Shown here in pieces: positions 40,101-48,404 of a stretch of DNA of 64,000 bases. Every line of letters begins with the position of its first letter. The first letter of the stretch is position 1. A program made the translations under genes and the position numbers. The DNA comes from Candidatus Peregrinibacteria bacterium (GTDB taxonomy: Bacteria; Patescibacteriota; Gracilibacteria; UM-FILTER-43-11). The stretch lies in assembly GCA_016934215.1 (NCBI GenBank), contig JAFGTE010000033.1:8781-72780 (forward strand). The letters run 5' to 3'. The notes under the pieces are model-generated. The model ran no database searches, was not told where the DNA came from, and saw only the letters and a program-made list of their open reading frames with translations.

Positions 40101-40470
40101 AGCTGGTGGTGACAATCTGGCAATTGACGCATTGCAGATTGCCGCTATTAAAACCATAACTGCTACAAGTGAGCCCATTGAAATCCGTTCCCTCACACTG
40201 TTCACCGGTTTCGATGATTCCGTTTCCGCATGTTGGGCCAACAACGGCAGGACTTGCGTAAACGTTGCGCAAATTGTAGCTGGCGGAACTGCCATCAGCG
40301 CTTATATCTGAAATGGAATCTGTGAGATTGTAGCTGGAACTTGTCTTTTGGTCTGAGTCGCTGATGAACCTGGCATAGTCGAGCCGGTAACTAGCACTGG
40401 TGCTGCTTTCGGCCAGGGCTCCTGGAGCCATTAAAATACCCAGAAGCACTAACATGAAAACAATACTCAT
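37180..40470 (-). CDS. Giant composite surface protein D. It has a signal peptide, three Myxococcus-type Cys-rich repeats, a proline-rich duplicated linker, a mid-protein TM segment, a second signal-like segment, the module-family region and the shared C-terminal domain.
   Basis: The ATG at 40470 gives [20 protein letters not shown]; the track's GTG at 40620 is an alternative start. Cys-rich repeats are [41 protein letters not shown] and [27 protein letters not shown]. The family module reads [79 protein letters not shown]. Confidence 0.75.
   Translation of the reverse strand: [1096 protein letters not shown]
39697..39771. repeat. Tandem duplication with a 45-bp period inside gene D.
   Basis: CGGAGCGGCGGGTTTCAGACCGGGTTCTTC occurs at 39697-39726 and again at 39742-39771. 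It encodes [10 protein letters not shown] twice. Confidence 0.9.
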
Positions 40471-40847
40471 GCGCGCGCGCGTATAAGAAAACAAGCCGGA
40501 TTTCAAAATACGCAAAAACCAGGCTACGTGGCCTTCGTTTTTTTCAAGCAGATTGGATTTTTGTTTGGGTTTTAAGGCAAACCCATTCCCGGCAGATGTA
40601 TAGGGTTCGGCAGATAACACGTTGGCAATTAGTGTTTGTTTTTATTTTCGTGACGGCAGTTCACGACGGCAGGCAAATAAAGGTTGATTTAGGTTTTTTC
40701 TACTTGTTTATTTGATTGATTTTTTAGAAATAAATCTTTATATTATAGCAGAAATAAAAGGCAAAGTCGAGGAAGGTACCTTGTCATAAGACAATATATG
40801 TTTTTTGCTTTTATATTGCATGAATCATAAAATATGGTCTGGTATTC

Positions 40848-40876
40848 TTGACATAAACTAAAAAACATAATATATT
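40848..40876 (+). promoter_or_regulatory. Sigma70-like promoter candidate upstream of gene 40901 and of fusA.
   Basis: TTGACA (40848-53), a 17-nt spacer and TATATT (40871-76) lie in an AT-rich divergent intergenic region. Confidence 0.45.
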
Positions 40877-40900
40877 CGCTTCCATTTATGATTGTTTCTT

Positions 40901-41305
40901 ATGAAATTAGAGGATGCTAAAGATTTAGGGGAAAGACTCGAATGTTTAACGTCTTCTGAGCAAGCTAATTGCAAGTCTTTTCTTATTCTGCTGCGGGAAC
41001 TGGATCATGCGATGCACATGGAACAGCAGGTCAAGGCTTTAGATGTGTCGCTGTCTGAGCCGGAAGCTGTTTATTTGGCGATGAGCAGGCGAAGAATGAT
41101 CAGAGTTCTGATGCAGGTTGCCCAAGATGATAACGTTAAGGAATTTATGAATTTGCAGGAGTGGGAATTGGAAAAGAGAAGAATCGAAAAACACGGCGGC
41201 ATTGGAAATCCTACGCGTGATAAATTCATAAATTGTATGCATGTTTATCTGGAAGAAAAACTGAAAAAGGTAAGAGAAGCAGAAGAGGATGAAAGAGCTG
41301 CCTAA
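40901..41305 (+). CDS. Hypothetical helical protein.
   Basis: It is 134 aa from the ATG at 40901 (the track uses TTG at 40892). No known motif is present. Confidence 0.5.
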   Translation: MKLEDAKDLGERLECLTSSEQANCKSFLILLRELDHAMHMEQQVKALDVSLSEPEAVYLAMSRRRMIRVLMQVAQDDNVKEFMNLQEWELEKRRIEKHGGIGNPTRDKFINCMHVYLEEKLKKVREAEEDERAA

Positions 41306-41400
41306 AAATATGTATGATAAGTCGGGCTTGTCTTTTTTCGGCTAGTCTGTATACTGGCTGCGCGATTTTTAATTTTTGTAATTTTTAAATTTTTTATTCA

Positions 41401-43488
41401 ATGGCAGATTTTAAAGAAGCTCTTAAAATGGTACGCAATTTCGGTATTATTGCGCATATTGATGCCGGTAAAACAACCGTTACGGAGCGTGTTTTGTATT
41501 ACACCGGTAAAAACTACAAAATCGGCGAAGTACATGAAGGAGAAGCTACGATGGACTGGATGGAACAGGAACAGGAGCGTGGTATTACGATCACAGCAGC
41601 CGCCACAACCTGTTTTTGGAAGGGGCATCAATATAACATTATCGATACTCCCGGGCATGTAGATTTTACAGCGGAAGTAGAACGTTCTATGCGCGTGCTT
41701 GATGGAGGCGTTGTGGTGTTTGATGGTGTGGCCGGAGTGGAACCTCAGTCGGAAACGGTATGGCGTCAGGCTGATAAATACCATGTGCCTCGTATGTGCT
41801 TTATCAATAAACTGGATCGTACAGGTGCCAGTTTTGAAAAATCTTTCCAAAGTATTTTAAAAAGACTGACCAAAAAAGCTTCCCCCTTACAGCTGCCTAT
41901 TGGTATTGAAAGTGGTTTTAAAGGACTCATTGATTTAATTGAGATGAAGGCCACCATTTATAAAGATGATATGGGCAAGGAAATGGAACAGATTGATATT
42001 CCGGAAGACATGAAAGCTTCGGCTGAAGAATGGCGTGCCAAGCTTCTTGAAAAAGTGGCGGAGGGAGATGAAATTTTTATGGAAAAATATCTGGGAGGTG
42101 AGGAGTCTACTGTGGAAGAGTTAAAAGCGGCTATTCGCCGTGCAGTGATTGCCAATCAGTTTGTGCCGGTTCTAACGGGTACGGCGCTTAAAAATAAAGG
42201 GGTACAGCTGCTTCTGGATGCGGTCAACGATTATCTGCCCTCGCCTCTTGATATTCCGCCAATTCATGGCCATATGGTTGATGACGAAGCTAAAATAGTA
42301 GAACGTCATACCAGTCCTGATGAACCGCTTGGCGCTCTGGTGTTTAAAATTGCCACGGATCCTTTTGTCGGCCGTCTGTGTTTTGTGCGCGTGTATTCCG
42401 GTGTGCTTAAATCCGGCTCTTATATATATAATTCTTCTCAGGGGGAAAAAGAGCGCATTGGCCGACTTGTTGAAATGCATGCCAATGAACGAAAAGAAAT
42501 CCAGGAAATTTCAGCCGGTCATATTGGTGCGGTCATCGGACTCAAGTCAGTTCGCACGGGAAGCACGCTGGTGGGTGACGGCGCGCCAAAAGTTATTCTG
42601 GAATCCATTACCTTTCCTGAACCGGTTATTTCCATTGCCATTGAACCCAAGACCAAGGCGGATCAGGAAAAGATGGCCCTTAGTTTGCAGAAACTGGCCG
42701 AAGAAGATCCCACATTCCGGGTGCGTACGGATGAGGAAACCAATCAGACCATTATTTCCGGTATGGGAGAGCTTCATCTGGAGGTTTTGGTGGATCGCAT
42801 GAAACGTGAATTCAAAGTGGAGGCCAATGTCGGCCGCCCTCAGGTAGCTTATCGGGAGACTGTTCAGAAAGAAGTGGAGGAAGAAGAAAAGTACGCTAAG
42901 CAGACAGGTGGCCGCGGTCAGTACGGACACGTTTTAATCCGCATCATGCCGAACGAAGCCGGTAAAGGATACGAATTTATCGATTCCATCGTGGGAGGAC
43001 GCATTCCCAGGGAATATATTCCCGGTGTGCAGAAAGGAATTCTGGAAGCCCTGACGCGTGGTGTGATTGCCGGGTACCAGGTGGTTGATGTGAAGGTAGA
43101 GCTTTACGATGGTTCCTATCATGATGTGGACTCTTCGGAACTTGCTTTTAAAATGGCGGCCAGCATTGCTTTCCAGCGTGGCGCCAAAAAAGCGGATCCC
43201 ATTCTTTTAGAGCCCATGATGAGCGTGGAAGTGGTCACTCCGGAAGAGTTTATGGGCGATGTGATGGGCAATCTTAATTCCAAACGCGGTCAGATTGATA
43301 GCATGGGAGACCGCGGAGAAGCCAAAACCATTACGGCTAAGGTGCCGCTTTCTGAAATGTTCGGTTATGCCACCGATCTTCGCTCTATGACTCAGGGAAG
43401 AGCCAGTTATACGATGGAATTTTCTCACTACGCCAAGGTTCCGAAGAACATCGAAGAGAAAATCAAGACGGAGCGTGGAATGACCTGA
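41401..43488 (+). CDS. fusA: Elongation factor G.
   Basis: Conserved blocks are [31 protein letters not shown] and [16 protein letters not shown]. Confidence 0.97.
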   Translation: MADFKEALKMVRNFGIIAHIDAGKTTVTERVLYYTGKNYKIGEVHEGEATMDWMEQEQERGITITAAATTCFWKGHQYNIIDTPGHVDFTAEVERSMRVLDGGVVVFDGVAGVEPQSETVWRQADKYHVPRMCFINKLDRTGASFEKSFQSILKRLTKKASPLQLPIGIESGFKGLIDLIEMKATIYKDDMGKEMEQIDIPEDMKASAEEWRAKLLEKVAEGDEIFMEKYLGGEESTVEELKAAIRRAVIANQFVPVLTGTALKNKGVQLLLDAVNDYLPSPLDIPPIHGHMVDDEAKIVERHTSPDEPLGALVFKIATDPFVGRLCFVRVYSGVLKSGSYIYNSSQGEKERIGRLVEMHANERKEIQEISAGHIGAVIGLKSVRTGSTLVGDGAPKVILESITFPEPVISIAIEPKTKADQEKMALSLQKLAEEDPTFRVRTDEETNQTIISGMGELHLEVLVDRMKREFKVEANVGRPQVAYRETVQKEVEEEEKYAKQTGGRGQYGHVLIRIMPNEAGKGYEFIDSIVGGRIPREYIPGVQKGILEALTRGVIAGYQVVDVKVELYDGSYHDVDSSELAFKMAASIAFQRGAKKADPILLEPMMSVEVVTPEEFMGDVMGNLNSKRGQIDSMGDRGEAKTITAKVPLSEMFGYATDLRSMTQGRASYTMEFSHYAKVPKNIEEKIKTERGMT

Positions 43489-43623
43489 TTCTGAAACCTT
43501 GCAAACAAGCCAGAATATATTGGGAACTTATTCCTTATTTTTGACAAGCAAAAGCGTTTTCTTTGTTTGTCATTAAAGTCTTTTTTTGCTACACTTTTTA
43601 AGAAAATAATTTCAAAACAAAAA

Positions 43624-44124
43624 ATGAAAAAGAAATCAATAAAAAGCTTTTCCAAATCGCTTATGTCAGCCACACTCAGGGGTCTGGCGATTTTTGCCAT
43701 ATTCGGAACTGCCTTGTATGCTTACGCGTCAGTGACCTATCCGGTCAGCCAGCCTAACCCCGTTTCCGGCGTGGTGGGGCTTTATGTGGGGGCCACGGAT
43801 GGTACCACGGATGGAGATATAGGTGGTTATGATGCGGCTGCTAGTGATTGTACGTCAAAGTTTCCTGATAGCCATATATGTACCCCTATGGAAATAATTA
43901 ACACTTACAATCATAATTTATCGGCTGTTTCTGGTGTAAGTGGGGCTGTTTGGCTGAATTCAGGTGCTCCTGCAAATACAACACCAGCTGTCAATGATTG
44001 TCAGGGGTGGACGAAAGGTGCGGGAGAATATGGTTTTTATGGCGTAATCTGGTTATTCGATAATGTTGATTCCTCTGGAATTGCGCCGTGTCCTTTTGGA
44101 CTTCCATTCGCATGCTGTAAATAA
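43624..44124 (+). CDS. Small secreted Cys-containing protein of unknown function.
   Basis: The ATG at 43624 gives MKKKSIKSF...LAIFAIFGTALYAYA, a signal peptide. It has 7 Cys, including a C-terminal FACCK. The block GGYDAAASDC...HICTPMEI...AVWLNS...CQGWT loosely recalls DUF1554/endostatin-like lectin-fold proteins, but this is unverified. Confidence 0.55.
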   Translation: MKKKSIKSFSKSLMSATLRGLAIFAIFGTALYAYASVTYPVSQPNPVSGVVGLYVGATDGTTDGDIGGYDAAASDCTSKFPDSHICTPMEIINTYNHNLSAVSGVSGAVWLNSGAPANTTPAVNDCQGWTKGAGEYGFYGVIWLFDNVDSSGIAPCPFGLPFACCK

Positions 44125-44164
44125 TTTATAAATGTTTGAAATAACAATAAAATCTAAGATAAAT

Positions 44165-47100
44165 ATGAAAACTATAAAGTCATTATTTATTATTCCATTT
44201 CTAGCTCTTCTGTTTTTATTTCCGCAAGTTGGTTATGCAGTTAATGAAGTATGTTATGCAGGTCAGGATGGCTGTCCTGATCCGCCAGATTCTTCAAAAT
44301 GTGTACCTCCTCCAGTACTACTTTTGGGTTGTCCACCAGGGACTGTTTGGATTGGAAATGCTTCCACTGGTCAATGTTCCCCTGCAGTTACTTGTTCTGC
44401 GGGAGTGGATAGATTCTATTGTGAAACGGGTAGTTGCTGGACGCAGCCCACAGCCGGGCCGCCTCCACCACCAGCTGCCTGTACCACTGCCAATGTGACC
44501 ACTGGGTCCGCAAATGCCTGTTGTACGGACGGTCAGATTGTTGTAAGGAACGGTACAAGCAATACCTGGGAATGTGCTGATCTTACGCCGGGACTTTGGT
44601 CCGAAACAGGAGTCAATGATATCTATTTTGATGGTGGAAATGTGGGAGTTGGAACAGATGCACCTCTTTCAAAATTCCATGTGGATGGTCAACTCAGAAT
44701 TTCGAATGCTGCAAATAGTGCCAATTATCTGACTATTGGACATGGTGGTACTCATTCCTATTTTAATAATGAAGGAGTAGGTAATATTGAACTTAGAATA
44801 GGGGGGAATACTAAATTAGCAGTTGAACCTGATGGAAGTGTAATTTCCGATGAATATTGTTTGGGTACCGATTGTATTACTGAATGGCCTAGTGGTGGCC
44901 TTTGGTCTGAGAGCACTGATCCCGGAAGTATTTATTATAATGACGGTAATGTGGGAATTGGCACCAATATTCCGGCTTATGAACTAGATGTTGCTGGGGA
45001 CGCAAATGCGACCCGGTTATGTATTAATGGTGATTGTAAACCTGCCTGGCCTACTTATACAGGTGCTGATTTATGGGAAGAAAATTGGGGTCATGTTTAC
45101 AGGCCCACAGGTCATGTTGCTGTAGGACTTCCTACTACTACTACTCCTGGCGGGGTGTTGCAGGTGGCAACGGATGTCCCTGTTGTAATAAATAATTGTG
45201 AGTCTTCTTTTCTTATCGGTACCTGTACCGGCCCTCATGTTGAGATGGACTCCAATTCACTTCAGGCAAAAGCAACTAATGTTACCGTTGCTACTTTGAA
45301 TCTTCAGGAATTGGGGGGTAATTTGCAAGTCGATGGCAGTACGCTGGTGGTGGATGGCACCAATAACAAAGTGGGTATTGGTACCACTTCTCCGGCCGGG
45401 GCATTACATATTGCAACCTACCAGGAAGCTGATCTTACAAATGCGGAAGCGTCCTTTATGATAGGGCCGACTACAAGTTACCATCTTGAAATGGATTCGA
45501 ATGATATTCAGGGTAAGGCGGATACCGTGCATGCCGGTACACTCAATTTACAGGCGGATGGCGGAAGTTTAGATGTTGGCAATAACAACAATCTTTTTGT
45601 TGAAACGGCTACCAGCAGAGTCGGTATTAATACTGATGATCCTGCTTATGCTTTGCATGTCATAGGGCAGGTAAATGGAAGCACAGGGCTTTGTATAGCT
45701 GGTGTTTGCAGAACCACCTGGCCTGAAAGTAGTACCAGTCTATGGACTGAGAATGGTTCAAATATCTATAGGAGTGGCGGTGGTAATGTGGGGATTGACG
45801 ATACGGTTCCGTTGGCAACATTAAGTGTTGTCGGTCAGGTACGCGCTTCTGACCTGGCTGATGAAGCCGAGTATATAGAAATAGATCACGGGGGTGCCAA
45901 TGCTCTTATAAATTGGGCTGGTGACGGCAATCTGGATTTCAGAAGAACCGGTACCACTTTAATGACTTTGGAGCAGGATGGTGATCTGGGAATTGGTGAT
46001 ACGACACCGGATGCAAAACTTGATGTTGAAGGTGGTATTAGAGCGCATAGTATTTATGGCGAAAATAACGATACTTTCGATATTACATCGGCTGATAACT
46101 ACTTTATTGATTTAGAGTCCAATGATGATACTTACGGGCTTATTATAAGGGAAAGTACCGTACAAAATGGTGACGCAACTGCGGATTATTTAAACATTGA
46201 GCCAAAAGATACTTATACTGGATTTGGCGCTTCTCAATCTGGTGCAGATTTGCTGCTTTATGAAGATGGTAAGCTCGAAATTGTGAATGGACCTGATAAT
46301 AACGGTAGTACGGCTTCTTTGGTGGTAGGGGATGGTTCAAATACGCTTTACATGGATGGAAATGAAATAGACAGTGACGGGTCGTTGTATTTGCAACATA
46401 ATAGCAGCGGAAATGTTTATATCGATGGCGGTGGTAAGGTTACGATTGGGACTGCTACTCCTGCTGCTTCAACTTCATTAACAATAGTTACTCCAACCAG
46501 CAGTGAATTATACTATACAGGTATCGATGTTAGTTCACCGTCTAATGGGGTTGGTATTATCGGCAGATCTACGGGCAATACGGGTGTTATGGGTACAACT
46601 GATTACGGCGTTGGTGTTATTGGTATGGCTACACATGGTAATGGTATGGAGGCACAAGGTGGTTATGCAGGGATTATGGCAGGCGGTGATACCGCTGGTG
46701 GTATTTTCCAAAGCGGAGCTACTAGTGCCTATATCGCTTATGCTGGTTATGTTGTAGATGGTAATGGTGATATTCGTGCAAGTGGCAGTATACTTCCTGG
46801 TTCAAGTAAAATATACACAACTAACGGTGATCTGGTTTTTGAACCGAATAGTGAATCTGCTGATCGTTTTTATGTTTCGAATGAAGGTCAAATGGTATTG
46901 GTCGGCACTAATGGAATTTGGCTGGCCAGCGCCAGTTATGCCGGTAAGATTGGGGGCGGAACCTGGACGAATAGCTCTGATGCAAGGTTAAAAGATGTGC
47001 ATGGTGCTTATGAAAAGGGCTTGGCAGATATTCTTGGGCTGAAGCCGGTCACTTTTAATTATAAGAAGGATAACCCAAAAGGTCTTCCTTCCAATGACGA

Positions 47101-47314
47101 ATATATTGGTTTTATTGCTCAGGATGTGGAACCGATTTTCCCGGAGGCGATCAGTACGGATGATGACGGATATTTACAGTTTGATATGCATTCAATTAAT
47201 GTTGCCGCTATCAATGCAATCAAACAGCTAAAAGCTGAAAAGGACGCTGAAATTGCTGAACTCAAGGCAGTAGTTTGCGAACTTAAACCGGAGGCGGAAG
47301 TTTGTAATAAATAA
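44165..47314 (+). CDS. Tail-fibre-like secreted protein with a C-terminal peptidase-S74 (endosialidase intramolecular chaperone) domain.
   Basis: The signal peptide is MKTIKSLFIIPFLALLFLFPQVGYA. The N-terminus is Cys/Pro-rich. It carries repeated LW(S/T)E...IYY.DGNVGIGT..P...L.V.G units and repeated C(I/L)xGxCxxxWP units. The C-terminus reads SSDARLKDVHGAYEKGLADILGLKPVTFNYKKD...YIGFIAQDVEPIFPEAIS...INAIKQLKAEKDAEIAELKA. Confidence 0.8.
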   Translation: MKTIKSLFIIPFLALLFLFPQVGYAVNEVCYAGQDGCPDPPDSSKCVPPPVLLLGCPPGTVWIGNASTGQCSPAVTCSAGVDRFYCETGSCWTQPTAGPPPPPAACTTANVTTGSANACCTDGQIVVRNGTSNTWECADLTPGLWSETGVNDIYFDGGNVGVGTDAPLSKFHVDGQLRISNAANSANYLTIGHGGTHSYFNNEGVGNIELRIGGNTKLAVEPDGSVISDEYCLGTDCITEWPSGGLWSESTDPGSIYYNDGNVGIGTNIPAYELDVAGDANATRLCINGDCKPAWPTYTGADLWEENWGHVYRPTGHVAVGLPTTTTPGGVLQVATDVPVVINNCESSFLIGTCTGPHVEMDSNSLQAKATNVTVATLNLQELGGNLQVDGSTLVVDGTNNKVGIGTTSPAGALHIATYQEADLTNAEASFMIGPTTSYHLEMDSNDIQGKADTVHAGTLNLQADGGSLDVGNNNNLFVETATSRVGINTDDPAYALHVIGQVNGSTGLCIAGVCRTTWPESSTSLWTENGSNIYRSGGGNVGIDDTVPLATLSVVGQVRASDLADEAEYIEIDHGGANALINWAGDGNLDFRRTGTTLMTLEQDGDLGIGDTTPDAKLDVEGGIRAHSIYGENNDTFDITSADNYFIDLESNDDTYGLIIRESTVQNGDATADYLNIEPKDTYTGFGASQSGADLLLYEDGKLEIVNGPDNNGSTASLVVGDGSNTLYMDGNEIDSDGSLYLQHNSSGNVYIDGGGKVTIGTATPAASTSLTIVTPTSSELYYTGIDVSSPSNGVGIIGRSTGNTGVMGTTDYGVGVIGMATHGNGMEAQGGYAGIMAGGDTAGGIFQSGATSAYIAYAGYVVDGNGDIRASGSILPGSSKIYTTNGDLVFEPNSESADRFYVSNEGQMVLVGTNGIWLASASYAGKIGGGTWTNSSDARLKDVHGAYEKGLADILGLKPVTFNYKKDNPKGLPSNDEYIGFIAQDVEPIFPEAISTDDDGYLQFDMHSINVAAINAIKQLKAEKDAEIAELKAVVCELKPEAEVCNK

Positions 47315-47333
47315 TCATTGATTTTAATTTTTT

Positions 47334-48023
47334 ATGAATAATTTCAGAAAATTTTTACCTTTATTAGTACTGGCACTGATGGTGCTTGCGGCTTGTGCTA
47401 AAGAGCAAATGGGACAGGAGGTAAAAACTATGGTGCAGGTGCAGCCGGCCACGGAAGCGGCGACGGATGATGCTGATACTGAGGAAATGGTGCGTGAATC
47501 CAGATATGGTATGGGCCTTAAATGTAGTATGTTAAAAAACACTCAAACACAGCAAGAATGCGAAGTTGAATTAAATGATGTGATTGGCTCAATGCTGTCT
47601 TCCGAAATTGTCAGTACTTTTGACGCAAAGCGTTGTAAAGAATTAGCGCCTGCTGTTGCCGCGGATTGTGAAAGTAAAATTGCCGCTATGGGTGTGCAAG
47701 GGCCTGTGAGTGAAGAAGAGCGCGCCATGTTTGCTGAGGCTATCAAACCTGTTCGACCTGAAGCTGCCGGACCTGATGCTGAAGAAGCTGAATCAATTTA
47801 TGATAAAACCAAGTGTGCTGAATTAAAAACACCTGGTTATCAGGCTTATTGTGAAAAAACGATAGATAGTCGTATGGATCAGGATAAACTCGGATCAATA
47901 GTTGAATCAGATAATGTCAGTCGGTGCGATGAATTGGTGACGGAAAGCCTCAGAGAAGATTGTAGGGCATATTTTGGCATTGAACCTGAAGAAGTTGAGG
48001 AAGAAACACCTGACGAAGTTTGA
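47334..48023 (+). CDS. Acidic lipoprotein with repeated C-x-E-L-x(7-8)-C units.
   Basis: The lipobox is LVLALMVLAAC. Repeats are RCKELAPAVAADC, KCAELKTPGYQAYC and RCDELVTESLREDC. Confidence 0.6.
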   Translation: MNNFRKFLPLLVLALMVLAACAKEQMGQEVKTMVQVQPATEAATDDADTEEMVRESRYGMGLKCSMLKNTQTQQECEVELNDVIGSMLSSEIVSTFDAKRCKELAPAVAADCESKIAAMGVQGPVSEEERAMFAEAIKPVRPEAAGPDAEEAESIYDKTKCAELKTPGYQAYCEKTIDSRMDQDKLGSIVESDNVSRCDELVTESLREDCRAYFGIEPEEVEEETPDEV

Positions 48024-48081
48024 CTTTCACTTCTTTTTGACTGAGAATCTTATCGTTCATTAATTACTTAAATTTTTTAAT

Positions 48082-48348
48082 ATGTCACTCAAGAAAGCGC
48101 CCGTACTAAAAGTTATCGCTATTATCTGGATCGTTTTTGCCAGTCTATATGTGGTTTACAGTGAATACCAGCGCGTGCAGATCATGGTGGCTCAGCGGGC
48201 TTATAACACCGGTTTGCGAGATGCTGTAAATCAGCTTATTACGCAAGCTCAGACCTGCAAAGCTATACCAGTTACTTCCGGTGAAGTAAGTGTGAACCTG
48301 ATCAATATTGACTGTCTGAATGCTGCTGCCGAAGAAACAGCTGAATAG
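48082..48348 (+). CDS. Small membrane-anchored hypothetical protein.
   Basis: It is 88 aa with a single N-terminal TM segment (VLKVIAIIWIVFASLYVVY). Confidence 0.45.
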   Translation: MSLKKAPVLKVIAIIWIVFASLYVVYSEYQRVQIMVAQRAYNTGLRDAVNQLITQAQTCKAIPVTSGEVSVNLINIDCLNAAAEETAE

Positions 48349-48375
48349 ATTTTATGATCGGTTTTATAAAATGTT

Positions 48376-48404
48376 TTGACACTAAAAATTCTATTTGCTA
48401 AAAT
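48376..48404 (+). promoter_or_regulatory. Near-consensus sigma70-like promoter candidate for tuf.
   Basis: TTGACA (48376-81), a 17-nt spacer and TAAAAT (48399-404) lie 40 nt upstream of the tuf ATG. Confidence 0.5.

Noticed and set aside
30135-40470. The repeated modules in the surface proteins were considered as template/variable repeats of a diversity-generating retroelement.
   Set aside because: No reverse transcriptase or accessory gene is present in the window. The repeated modules are only about 70% identical at the DNA level, with substitutions not confined to adenines. They are ordinary diverged paralogous domains.
40471-40481. A (GC)5.5 dinucleotide tract directly upstream of the ATG at 40470 of gene D was considered as a slipped-strand phase-variation switch. 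It lies inside the reading frame if the GTG at 40620 is used.
   Set aside because: Five and a half units is short for efficient slippage. The more plausible start (the ATG followed by a signal peptide) places the tract outside the CDS. It is worth only a glance in read pileups.
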